Virus record (IMG/VR): IMGVR_UViG_3300037485_000225
Location: 1-64,000 of that record
Source of the DNA: a virus
DNA: 64,000 nucleotides
Strand: one strand, 5' to 3'
Part shown: piece by piece, positions 37,102 to 48,700 of the stretch
How the letters are laid out: every line of letters starts with the position of its first letter
How positions within the stretch are numbered: the first letter of the stretch is position 1
The notes under the pieces: generated by a model
What the model was told of the DNA's origin: nothing
What the model saw: only the letters and a program-made list of their open reading frames with translations
Database searches by the model: none
Position numbers and translations under genes: made by a program

Positions 37102-39753
37102 ATGGCTTCATTTACAGATCAAATATCACAATTTAACCCCTACATTCAGCAACTCCCAGTTGATGCTATGGTTAAAGTGGGCATGCAAAAGCAGGCTCAG
37201 TATGACCAAGGTGTGCAAAAAATTCAGGGCTATATAGATAATATAGCTGGAATGGATGTTATGCGTGATGTGGATAAACAACATTTACAATCTAAACTTA
37301 ATGAATTAGGTGGTAGATTAAGAACTGTTGCTGCTGGAGATTTCTCTAATGCTCAATTAGTTAACTCAGTAGGGGGGATGGCTACTCAAATAGTTAAAGA
37401 TCCTTATGTACAAGCTGCTGTTCAATCAACAGCAAATGCTAGAAAGCAACTTAGTTTGGTAGACCAAGCTAGAGAAAAGGGAGAGTTAACTCCTGACAAT
37501 GAGTGGTTTTTTACGGAGAAACAACTTAATAAATACCTATCTAATCCTAGTCTTGCAGGAGAAAAGAATAGTCCTGTAGTGTTTAATGGTAAATACATTA
37601 AGCATTATGATGTAGATAAAGATATACAAGAAGCTATTGGAAAAGCCCATTTAAGTTCAGATGAATGGGAAGAGAATGCTCTTAATGCAGATGGTAGTGT
37701 GAATTCAGATATTCTTATAGAGAAAGCAAAGAAGGGATTGTTAAGTGGAAAGGTTAAAAGTATAGTTGAAAGTGTATTTTCAAAACCAGAGGTGCAACAA
37801 CAGTTAGCTATTACAGGTACCTATCAGTTTAAAGACTACACTCCTGAGATGTTAAAAGGTGTACAGGATGAAAGTATAAACTATATTAGAAATAAAGCAA
37901 AAGAGAACAGAGACAGAATTGCTTGTGTTGGAGTTATTTCTGATTATGAAGCAGCAAATGCAAATAAAGCAATAATTAATATTGATAATCAACTACAATC
38001 TTCAGAAGAACAGTATGCTAAATACATGAAGCTGTTAAATGAAGGAAAGATTGATGAAGCAAAGATATCTTTATATAGAGATAATAAAGAAGCACAATAT
38101 CAAACTGATTACTCTTGGGAAGAGAACTCTATGAAATCAAAGGTGAATCCTTGGTTTACTGTGCAGATGACAAGAGCTAATTATAACTTAGCTGTACAGA
38201 AAGAAATATTTGATGAAGGAGATGCTAATAGAAAGTTTAATGAAGGAGTAAGACAGTTTGGTTTAAGCTATGGTTTACAATTAGAAGATGCTCAAAGAAA
38301 AAGAGATATTGCTAATAATAAGTTAAATCCTGATGGCAGTTCTAAAGTTATATATACAAAAGATCCAATTAACCCTGAGGAAGTAGCTAAAATAGGATCT
38401 CAGTCTTATAAAGCTAATATTCAAGTTTTAAAAGATCAGGCAAATCAGCTTCAAGCTAAGGTGATATCTACTCTTCCAGGATTTGAAGATTTGTATAGGC
38501 AAGATGATAATGGTGTATATAAGTTTAACTATTCTAAATATAAAGACTGGAAAACAATTGAACCAAAATATAAAATGGCTTTAGTGGAGTTAGAGAAAGC
38601 TCACATGAATGGTACAGTGAAACCTAACTACAGACAAGATGTACAACAAATACATGATTTACAATCATTGGTTTCTCTAAAAACTCAAACAGAAAAAGAA
38701 ATAGATGATAGGTATAAACCACTAGTAGATAAAATAGCTAATCAAATATCAGATCCTAAACCTATATATGGTAAATCTACTATGCCTATAAGTAAAACAG
38801 ATATGGTTAATGTTTGGCTTGCTGAAAATAGTACAGATCCACAAACAGCTAAAACAGCTAGAGATTACATAAATACAAAATATGGTAAAGGAGGGGGAGC
38901 ATTTGGTGATAAAAAAGCAGATGCAGTAATATTTCTTTCTGGAATTTATAAAGATTCATTCAAACAAATAGATAAAGTAATGAGTGATAATCCTGGTTTA
39001 GCACCTATGTTTGCAAATAGAGAAAAGGATTATAAAAAAGTACAACAACAAAATGGAACTTGGTATGCTACTATTAATGAAGGAAAACCTGAAGGTAAAT
39101 TATTAGTAAACCAAAAGTATAGTGCTCTTTTAGCTAGAGTGATGGGAGGTGAAAAGACAGGAGGTGTCTATGGAAAAATGGCAAAGATGTTATCTGCTAA
39201 AGAACCTAGTGAGTTAAATGAAAACTTATATGGTTATTTTAGAGGGCAAGATGGTCAATTTTATGCACAAATTAGAAGAAACTTAGGATCTGGTGAAGGA
39301 TATGAATACTCTGAAATGTTACCAATTGCACCAGAAGAAGCTGCTGAATTAGGAGCAAAAACAGATCCACTTGAAGATGCTTTCAATTCAAAGTTTGGTG
39401 GATATTTAAATAACTTTCAAGGAAAACAAACTGCTAAAAATTTAATATCTCCAGAAGCAGAGAATGCAGCAATTAATAGAAGATCTGTAGGTCAATATTC
39501 TGTAGGTTTTCAATTAAAAGAATTGAATGGTGGATATGTTCCATATTTATATGTTAGAGATAGAAATGGAAATGTTCTATCTAGTGGAATGGAACTTGAT
39601 TTTTCAGTGTATTCAAAAGATCCAAGATTAACTCCTATACAAAGAGAACGTTTTAAAGACGTACAATCTATAATGAGTAAAGCAGATGTAGTTACTAAAC
39701 TACCTCTAATAGATGAGAATCTTATAACATTAATGTTAAATAACAATAGATAA
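37102..39753 (+). CDS. large coiled-coil virion protein (883 aa)
   Basis: Continuous ORF whose stop overlaps the start of the giant gene (ATAATGG). Confidence 0.5.
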   Translation: MASFTDQISQFNPYIQQLPVDAMVKVGMQKQAQYDQGVQKIQGYIDNIAGMDVMRDVDKQHLQSKLNELGGRLRTVAAGDFSNAQLVNSVGGMATQIVKDPYVQAAVQSTANARKQLSLVDQAREKGELTPDNEWFFTEKQLNKYLSNPSLAGEKNSPVVFNGKYIKHYDVDKDIQEAIGKAHLSSDEWEENALNADGSVNSDILIEKAKKGLLSGKVKSIVESVFSKPEVQQQLAITGTYQFKDYTPEMLKGVQDESINYIRNKAKENRDRIACVGVISDYEAANANKAIINIDNQLQSSEEQYAKYMKLLNEGKIDEAKISLYRDNKEAQYQTDYSWEENSMKSKVNPWFTVQMTRANYNLAVQKEIFDEGDANRKFNEGVRQFGLSYGLQLEDAQRKRDIANNKLNPDGSSKVIYTKDPINPEEVAKIGSQSYKANIQVLKDQANQLQAKVISTLPGFEDLYRQDDNGVYKFNYSKYKDWKTIEPKYKMALVELEKAHMNGTVKPNYRQDVQQIHDLQSLVSLKTQTEKEIDDRYKPLVDKIANQISDPKPIYGKSTMPISKTDMVNVWLAENSTDPQTAKTARDYINTKYGKGGGAFGDKKADAVIFLSGIYKDSFKQIDKVMSDNPGLAPMFANREKDYKKVQQQNGTWYATINEGKPEGKLLVNQKYSALLARVMGGEKTGGVYGKMAKMLSAKEPSELNENLYGYFRGQDGQFYAQIRRNLGSGEGYEYSEMLPIAPEEAAELGAKTDPLEDAFNSKFGGYLNNFQGKQTAKNLISPEAENAAINRRSVGQYSVGFQLKELNGGYVPYLYVRDRNGNVLSSGMELDFSVYSKDPRLTPIQRERFKDVQSIMSKADVVTKLPLIDENLITLMLNNNR

Positions 39754-42700
39754 TGGCTTTACCTACTAAAGAAACATTGCAGAACGCAGAGCGTGTAATA
39801 CCAGATGCTACTGAACGTACACTTGTAGAATATCCTTCAAATATACCAAAGTTTCAAATGAACTTAGAAACTGCAACTGGTGGAGGAAATCAACAAAGTG
39901 ATGCTTATAGTAGGGCATTGTTATTAGCTTCTCCTACAAAACCATCTAACTTAACTTCATCTAGTACATTTAGTTATAATCCTTTACAGATAGATACAAG
40001 TGGTAGATATGATAGATTTATATTAGGACAAGATAATGAAGACATTCAAGGTAAGTTACAGTCTGGTTGGGATCAAGCAGCAAATGGTCTTGTTAAAGGA
40101 TTAGGTATTGCAGGAACCACTTTCTTAGATGGTACTGTAGGATTGATAGCTGGATTAACTTCATCTATTGCTAATGGTTCTCTTAATAAATTTTATAATA
40201 ATGACTTTACAAACTATATGGATAGTTTGAATAAGTCTATGGAGAATAAACTTCCTAACTATTACACTGCATCTGAAAGAGATGCTAAGTGGTATGAGGC
40301 TGAAAACTTGTTTACTGCTAATTTCTTCTGGGATAAAATTATTAAGAATTTAGGATTCTCAGCAGGTGCTATTGGAGCAGGTGCTGTTACAGCAGGATTG
40401 TTATCAAAAGTTCCAGCATTGTTTGGTATATCTAAAGCTGGTAAGCTTGCACAAGTGGCAGATGCTTTAGAAGTTGGATTAAAAGGTGTTCCTGAAATAG
40501 AGCGTGCAGCAAAAGCTGCAGACATTATTGCACAAACATCTAAAACTATTAACACATTAAACAAGCTTTCATCAGTAGATAGAGCAGTTGTTGCTGGATT
40601 AAGTGCTGCTACAGAAGGTGGTATTGAAGCATTACAAGGATTAAATAGTTATAGAGATAAGTTAATTGCACAATATCAAGATACATATGGTGAATATCCT
40701 CCAGAGGATGTATTAAATAAAATTAATAATAGAGCAGAAGATCTAGGTAATGCTAGATTTGGTTTGAATGTATTGTTGCTATCAGCAACTAACTATATTC
40801 AACTTCCAAGAATATTAGGTTCTTCTTATCGTTCTGGTAAGAATACATTAATTAATTCTGCAAAAACCAATCTTGAGACAGGGTTATTAGAATCCTCTCT
40901 TCCTACAAAAGGTATTGGTAAAGCTTTATATAAAGCAAGGAATGTAGCTAGTTTATTCTTTTCTCCTACTGAAGGATTTGAAGAAGGAGCACAATATGCT
41001 ATTGAGAGAGGAACACAATCTTATTATAATAAAAAGAACTATGTTAAAGATGAATCTTTAGGTAGTTTTATAAATAGTTTTTCAGAGGCTGCTGGTGAGG
41101 GTATTAAAGCTGTAGGTGATAAAGAGGGTATGGAATCAATTTTAATTGGTGCTCTATCTGGAGGTATACAACAAGCAGGCTTTGTAGGAATGTACAAAAA
41201 TGAACAGGGTAATAATAGAGTTGGTATTGGTAAAGGTGGAGCAATAGGTGAAAGAGGATTTACAGGCTATGGTGGAGAGATGGCTAAAAACACAGAAGAT
41301 CTTATCAAACAATCAAAAAGATTCTCTCTTAAAGGAGATGAGTGGTTAAAAGATACAAAAGCTGGTGTTAAGAGAGGAGTTGTTTTACAAGAAGAATTTG
41401 ACCAACACGTAAGAATAGGAGATGTTCTTGAGGCTAAAGATACTGAATTTGATTATCAACATAACTACTTACTACCACGTATTAAATATGGTAGATATGA
41501 TCTTGTTAAAGATGATATAGATTATTATAAAGGATTAGCTTCTACACAAGAAGGATTTGATGAATTAAAGAAGAAAGGCATTGCTTCTGAGTTAGACACA
41601 CAACAAAGTTTTATAGATAGAATTGATAACTTTGCAGAACATGCTAAGGTGGTTAATTCATTGAATGAATCTTTGAATCTTAGATATGCAGGAGTTGTAT
41701 ATAAAGATACAAACAAAAGAGCTTATAGCGATGATGCTATTGAGCAAATGATATATGCTGCAGCAAAGATATCTGATTATGATAAGCGTGTACCACAGTT
41801 AACTGACAAGTTAGTTGCTGCTGGTATTGTTGTATCAAATGTACTTGATGATATTATTTCAGAAGGTCTTCCAAAAGAAGAAGTGGTAAAACAAGCTATC
41901 AATGATATTGATAAACTTGATGTGATAGAAGATGTTAAAGTTGAGTTAAAAGAAAACTTAAGAGATGCTGTAGAACTTTCTATAAGAAGAAAAGACTTCA
42001 TAGATGAGTATTCTAATATTAAGAAAAACCCTGCTAAGTACACTGAGGATAAAGGTGATAAACCTTTAAATACTAATGTACAAACTGTTAAGATTGTTAC
42101 CAAAACTGGTGAAAAGGATATTGTTGTAGGAGAAGAACTATTTTTAGGAAACACTGTCAAATACACTTCTAAGGGTGAAGAGGTTCGTGGGTTCCCTAGA
42201 TTAACTATTCTTGGAGAAAATGAAGATGGTAGTATTAAGATTAAAGACTCTAATGGTGATATTAGAGATATATCTAAAAGCGAGTTAGCTGATTATAAGT
42301 TAAGTAAGGTGAGTGATACATTAACTAATAAAACAGCTGCGTATTATTTAGCTCATGTTAATGATGTATTCCAATATAACTTTGGTCAAGCAAGTGAGGA
42401 TAAGAAAAGACCAGGTAGATTAGAATATGATAATGGTAAATTATTCTTTGTATATAAAAACTATAAAGGAGAAATTAAAAGAAAGCAAATTGATAACTCT
42501 CACTTTATAGCTCAAGAAGGATTTAGAGATGCTAGAATAAAGACAGTGGGTACACTCACTGCTGAATCTGCTGAGAAAAAAGCAGCTAGAGAAGCATTTA
42601 CATCTGCTGAAGAATTAAAGAAGCAACAACAAACCCTTGCTCAAAATAGAGATAATCGTTTAGAGATTATTACAGAATTATCTAATGAGCATATTGCTAA

Positions 42701-45700
42701 ATTAGAAGCTATTGAGAAAAAGCTAGAAGCTAAGAAAGAACAATTACAAAAAGTTACAGAAGATTTAGAAGAACTTAAGACATTAGAAAAGAGAGACTTA
42801 TCTGGTAACATTATAGTTCGTCCTTTTAACACTGTCCTTTCTAAAGCTATGAGAGGCATTAGTACATTGAATAATACTAAGGATGCTTTAGAAAAAGAGA
42901 TAGCTGAGTTAACTGCAGACAAGGATGAGTTAGAATTTAACATAGCTTATTTTGAAGACTTTAAACAAAACTTAGATGAGCTTCCAGAAAACTCTGGACA
43001 ATTCTTAGAAGAGTTGAAGTTTCAAATCCTTATTGCTGAAGAGTTACGTGATAAAACACAAGACAATATTAAGTCATTAGGTGGTATCATTCAAAAGATT
43101 GATAGTGCTATTAAAGACTTCACTCAATTATTAAAGGATGCCTTTGCTAAATTTGACCAAGACTATCCTAGTTATATCAAAGATGAATTTGAAAGAATCA
43201 TTAATGAAGGAAGTACCCTATCTGATCTACCTTCACTTAAACAGTTTATAGCTGATTATGTATTATTGAATGATACTAAAAAAGAGATATCGCTAAATAA
43301 AGAAAAGGTAAGTAAGTTAAGTGATGAGATTAATGATTTGTTTAAAGACTTTATTGAAGTACAAAAAGACTATGATGCTAAGAAACTTATATTAGATAAG
43401 TTCCAAGAGGTAGCTGATAAGTATAGACAAATGAAAGCTGAAGAGGATGTCTTGAAAAAGGATAAAGCTTTACAAAACGTTATTGATCAAAGTGCTGATA
43501 AAGGAATTCAAACTGTAGAACATAATAAGCCTTTTGAGGCTATGCCTAAGAAGTCAAATGAGAAGATACCAAATTCTACAGTGGCTCCTGTGCAAGGACT
43601 TTCTCAAGAGAGTGAATTAGCAGAACATCATGTTCGTGCTAATAAGTTTGGTGTTAATTTTTATGACCTTCCTGGACATGAGAACTTTCGTGGTGTAATT
43701 GTCACTTCTGAAAATGAATCTCAATTAGGACTAGGTGGTACTATGGTAGATGGTGAGTATGTTGGTGGATTAATGAATCATTTAAAAAATGCAGGAATTA
43801 ATCCTGAAGATGTTGATTCTAAAAGAACTATAGCTTTAGTTATGGTGAGTGTTGATCCTAACAATGGAGAGAAACATCTTATTGGAGTTGATGGACAAAG
43901 ATTAGAATCTCCTACAGTGGATAATGCAATCTATCAAGTATTCCCTGAGAATATAGATAGAATGTTCAGAGATGATGTAGATGATGATACTAAAAAGCAA
44001 ATCATTGATGATTATAGAAAATGGAGAAATGAAACAATAGCTAACCCAATTAATGATGCTCATGAAATAGAAGCATCTTTTGGAGTTCCTGACTATGTAC
44101 AAAGAGTCTTAGAGAATGGTGATAGTGAGAGAGACTATGAAGCAGATGGTGTTCCTGTATCAGATTCTGCATTACTTACAGAAGAAGATATTAGAACAAA
44201 GAGAGTGGTGGGAATACCTACAACTGATGGTGCTCAAACAAGAGGGTCTGTTACATTTAATAATGTAAAAGGTTTGCCTTTATTGTTTACATCTAATGGT
44301 ATGGTTAGATTAAGAAACAGACAAATCAATAATGAAGAAGCAACATTAATACATAAAGTTTTAGTTGAGCTATCTGATATATTATATGACCCTAAATATA
44401 AGAATTGGCAGTCTCCTAAAGCTCAAGCTTTACTTAACTGGTTAAAATCAGTTTCATATTGGGGTACACCTAAAGATGCAGAAGGTAATAGAAAGCCTGC
44501 AGGATATAATAGCATGTTTGTTGAAAACATGGAATTAATTATGTCTGAAGATGAAACTATTAGATTTGCATTCACTCCTTCAAATATTAGAGATAATAAA
44601 GATGCAATTATTGCAGAGATAGAGAAGCTATATGGTAATGTAAACTCTACAATGGTTACAGGTGGTAAGTCTGGAGAATGGAATAAACCATATGTACAGA
44701 TTACTAATATTGCTGAAGATGGATCTATTGAAACAAAGACTTGGAAAAACTACCAATCGTTCTTGTTATCTAAAGTTGATCCTGATGGAAAACCTAGAAT
44801 TGCTAAAGAGATTCCTTTAACAACTCAAATTAGACCTGTAAAAGATGCTAATGATGTTAATAGAAAAGGTGTATACTTTACAGTTACAGATAGGAATAAT
44901 GCTGATACAGAAGCTGTTGAGGTGAGTCCTACAGCTGCTACAGTTACACAAACCACTCCTTATGGTACAGAAGCTGGTCCTACATTAACCACTTCTACAG
45001 AGTCTGTAGATAAGAAAGCTGATATAGAAAGAAGAAGACAAGAAGAGTTAGATAAATATAACTCAGGAGATATTACAGTAGCTGGAGTTAAAGCTATTAA
45101 TGATAAATATAATGCAGAACTAGCTGCTTTAGAAAGTGGTAAAACTGCAGCTCCTGTAGCTACACAAACTACACCTACAACTAGTTATGTATTTGATAAT
45201 AAAACACAAAATGTTGTTACATTTCCTAATCTAGGACCTGTATCTTTCATATTAGATTTAAACAAATATAATAGTAGTGAACGTAAAGAAGGTATTGCTA
45301 TGGCTGTTCCTGACACAACTTTAGAAAACATGGTTGTTAAGTTGGTGAACAATAGTGCACAAAGTGGTATCACTCAAGATAGTCCTGAAGAACAACAAAA
45401 TGCTCTTGCTGAAAATGTATTGAGAGCTCTTGTTAAAAAAGAAATTGATAAACAATTAAATGCACAGGTGGTAGCTCCTACAGTAGTACTTCCTGTTACA
45501 GTAGAACAAGAAAGACAAGCTGCTGAAATAAGTGTTATTGATTCTAGTTTACAACAAAAGATTAATCAAGTTGCTGCTCAAGGTGATACAGCTATGAGTA
45601 GTCAATATAGAATTAAGTTAGTTGAAACATTTAAGAAGTTTCAGAAAGAAGACTGGTCTAAAGTGGAAACTTGGTTAAAAGCTAATTTTCCTAATATACC

Positions 45701-48700
45701 TGTATATAGAGTGAAGAACATGATTCAAGCTACCAATGGTAGACAAGCTTGGGGTATGCTTCATGATGGTGCTATCTACCTATCTGCAGATAATGAAATA
45801 GGTACAGTGTACCATGAGGTGTTTGAAGCTGTATGGAAAATGTTTACCACTCCACAAGAAAGAGCTAAGGTTGCTAAAGAATTTAGAGCTAGAAAAGGAT
45901 CTTTTATTGAAAGAGAAACTGCTGATGAAGTTAAGTTTGCTGATGCTACAGATGCTCAAATGAAAGAGCAATTAGCTGAAGAGTTTAGAAATATGAGTTT
46001 AACTGGTAAGAATGTGGGTGTTGCTACAGAAGGTATGTCAACTACTCGTAGAATCCTTAATGAAATTTGGGAAGCTATTAAAGCATTCTTCACTGGAGAT
46101 AAAGCTCAAACAAACACAGCCAATCTATTTGATAGAATTGGTAATGGATTTTATAAAGAATATATTCCAGAAGAAGCAGGATTATCTTTTGCTAATAGAG
46201 GATTTATTGATATAGAAGATGCTGTTGGTAATGATGATTCTGAGTTTAGCTTAGCTGTATTTTCAGGTGAGCAGATTCATGATATCATTCAACATATGAC
46301 ATATACATTGGTTAAGGACTTATTTTCTACTAACCAAGGATTGTTTGAAATGCGTGATGAAAAGAAAAAGGATGTCTATGCTAGATTGAAACAAGAGATG
46401 GAACTTTTAATGGCTCAGAATATTGTTTCTATCAGTAAAATAACAAATGAAAAACTTTCAGAAGAAGATAAAGCTGATAAAATTAAAAACTTTAGACAGT
46501 TAAATATTTTGATTAACTTAAACTGGGATTTGTTACAAGAGAAACATGAAGAATATATCAAGTCTTATTCTATACAGTTTGATGAAAACGATGGCTCTAT
46601 TAGAACAGATGAAGATAATGATGGTAAAGGAACTATGTATGGTGATGCTAATAAGATAGATGTATTTAAAAAAGCCAACAGTGCTATTAAAATACTATTA
46701 GCAAGCTTACCTGTAGTGGATGTTAATGGTGATCCTCTACCATCTTCTATAGGTGGATTCTCATTAATACCTATGAGTGAGGTGTTTATTTCTGTAATGA
46801 ATAACACTCACACTGCAAAGAACATTGATGAAATGGTTGCTGATATCCAAGATATGGCTAAGAATGATATCAGATATCAAAAGCTATTCAATCGTATTAC
46901 AAAAGGAAAGAATATAGAAGACTTTGATAATGAAGAAGATATTAAGTTATTAACTGCATTATGGGCTACATTTAAAAAGCAATCTCCTGATGTAAAGAAT
47001 GTATATATATTAGAGAATGGTGATATACAGGTGGGAGATTCTAACTTCTCTACAGCTGCTAGACAAGTGAAACAAGAATTTGTTAATGATATTAAAAAGT
47101 CTATTTCTAATGGCAGTAAATACTTTAGATATTCTGAAAAAGCTGGAGCTTTTGTTGGAGAAATAGATAGTATTAATGATGTTAAACTTAACAGTTTACA
47201 AGCTCAGGTTAATTTCATGAAGGATTTAGGTATTGACTTTGATTATAAGAAGTTAGTTAAGATGCCTGAGAAAGGTATGTTCTCTATAGCTGTTAATGGT
47301 ATTAGAGAAAGTATTTCTAAAGCTAATAAGATTATATCATTCAATGGTCAGGCTCTTTCTATTGATGGTAGATTACGTCAATTATCTGAGATTAAGGCTA
47401 AGATGGATAACCCAGAGTTCAGTAGTACATATTATAATGTAAAGGGTGAGCTTACACAAACATTTATTGGTACCAATGCTGCTAGTGATTTATATAACAC
47501 TCTATCACAAATAAGCAACATTAGTGAACTACAAGGTACTCAGTATGAATACCTTCTCACTGATACATTTGCTAAGAATTCTACTTTATTAGGCTTAATG
47601 TTTGATTTAGTTACAGGAAAGCGTATTGAGGGTTCTAATAATTATATGAAGACTGGTTATGCTGATGGTGTTGTAGACCAAGAAACTGGTAAACAAAAGC
47701 AATCTTCTAAGCTTAATTCTAGAGAAAGAATGATGCAAGAGATTAACTTAAACCTATCAGGATATTATTTAAACCTTATTCCTGGAGATTCATCTATTGA
47801 ATGGATGATGTACATGGGTAATAAGATTAAGCCTGATGATTTATTATTAAACAGACAAGCAATATTTGATGTATTCAAAGGATATTTTATTGATGAATTA
47901 AATCTATCTAGAGAAAATCGTAAAGTGGTTGAAGGTAGAAATTCTAAAGACTTAAGATTCTTTAAAAACATTCTTGGGGAAAAGGTACATAATGATATCA
48001 TCACTGAAAAAGGAACAGCAGAAGAAATATATGGTGATTATGAAAAGAAAATCAACACTGCTTTAAATAAATTCTTTGATACACAAAGAGAGGTGTTAAA
48101 GAACACTCTATCTGATTTCAAATTAATAGAACAATATGAGAACACTTGGGTATCTGAAAGTTTAAATTTTGATAAGAAAGAGTTTACTAATGAGACATTA
48201 GATATACAATTAGATGCTCTTAATGCTAGCTTTGCTATTAACAATATCGAGTTACATAAGTTATTATATTCTGATCCATATCAATATGCAGATGAGTTAA
48301 AGCGTATTAAAAGCTTTAGTTCCCCTAGACAAGCTATTATCAATGGTTCAATAGCTTTAAACAAAGCTTTCCAAAAAGTATGGAACAAAGCATTTAAACC
48401 AGGAGAGATTGGTTATACAAACTTTGAAAGAGACTTCTTTAGATCAACCACACTAACTGAAATTATGGGGATTGATGATGCAGGAATGTATGATGCCTAT
48501 AAAGAAGGTGATGGTGGAGGTATGATTTCTTTAAATGCTTTACGTAATTTTAAAATACGTGCAAGTCAATGGGATAGTGGACAAGAAAGACAATATAAAT
48601 ATGATGTAGCTTGGGAAAAGCAATACAAGTTTTATAAGAAGGTTAAGGGTGTATCTTTAAATGCACAAGATAAAAAGATATTAGCTAAGGGTAATCCAAA

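Noticed and set aside
45700-45900. HEVFE motif (TVYHEVFEAVW) in the giant protein as a zincin metalloprotease site
   Set aside because: It is HExxE, not HExxH. No downstream third ligand or Met-turn context was recognised, so it is too weak to call.
47779-47840. PGDSSIEWMMYMGNKIKP as the beta-subunit GDK...GNKG barrel motif
   Set aside because: Spacing and the missing Arg/His fit poorly. A better-ordered candidate (IKPIVAGAKL ... LYPLSFRVL ... DFMEAG) lies closer to the DFDID barrel.
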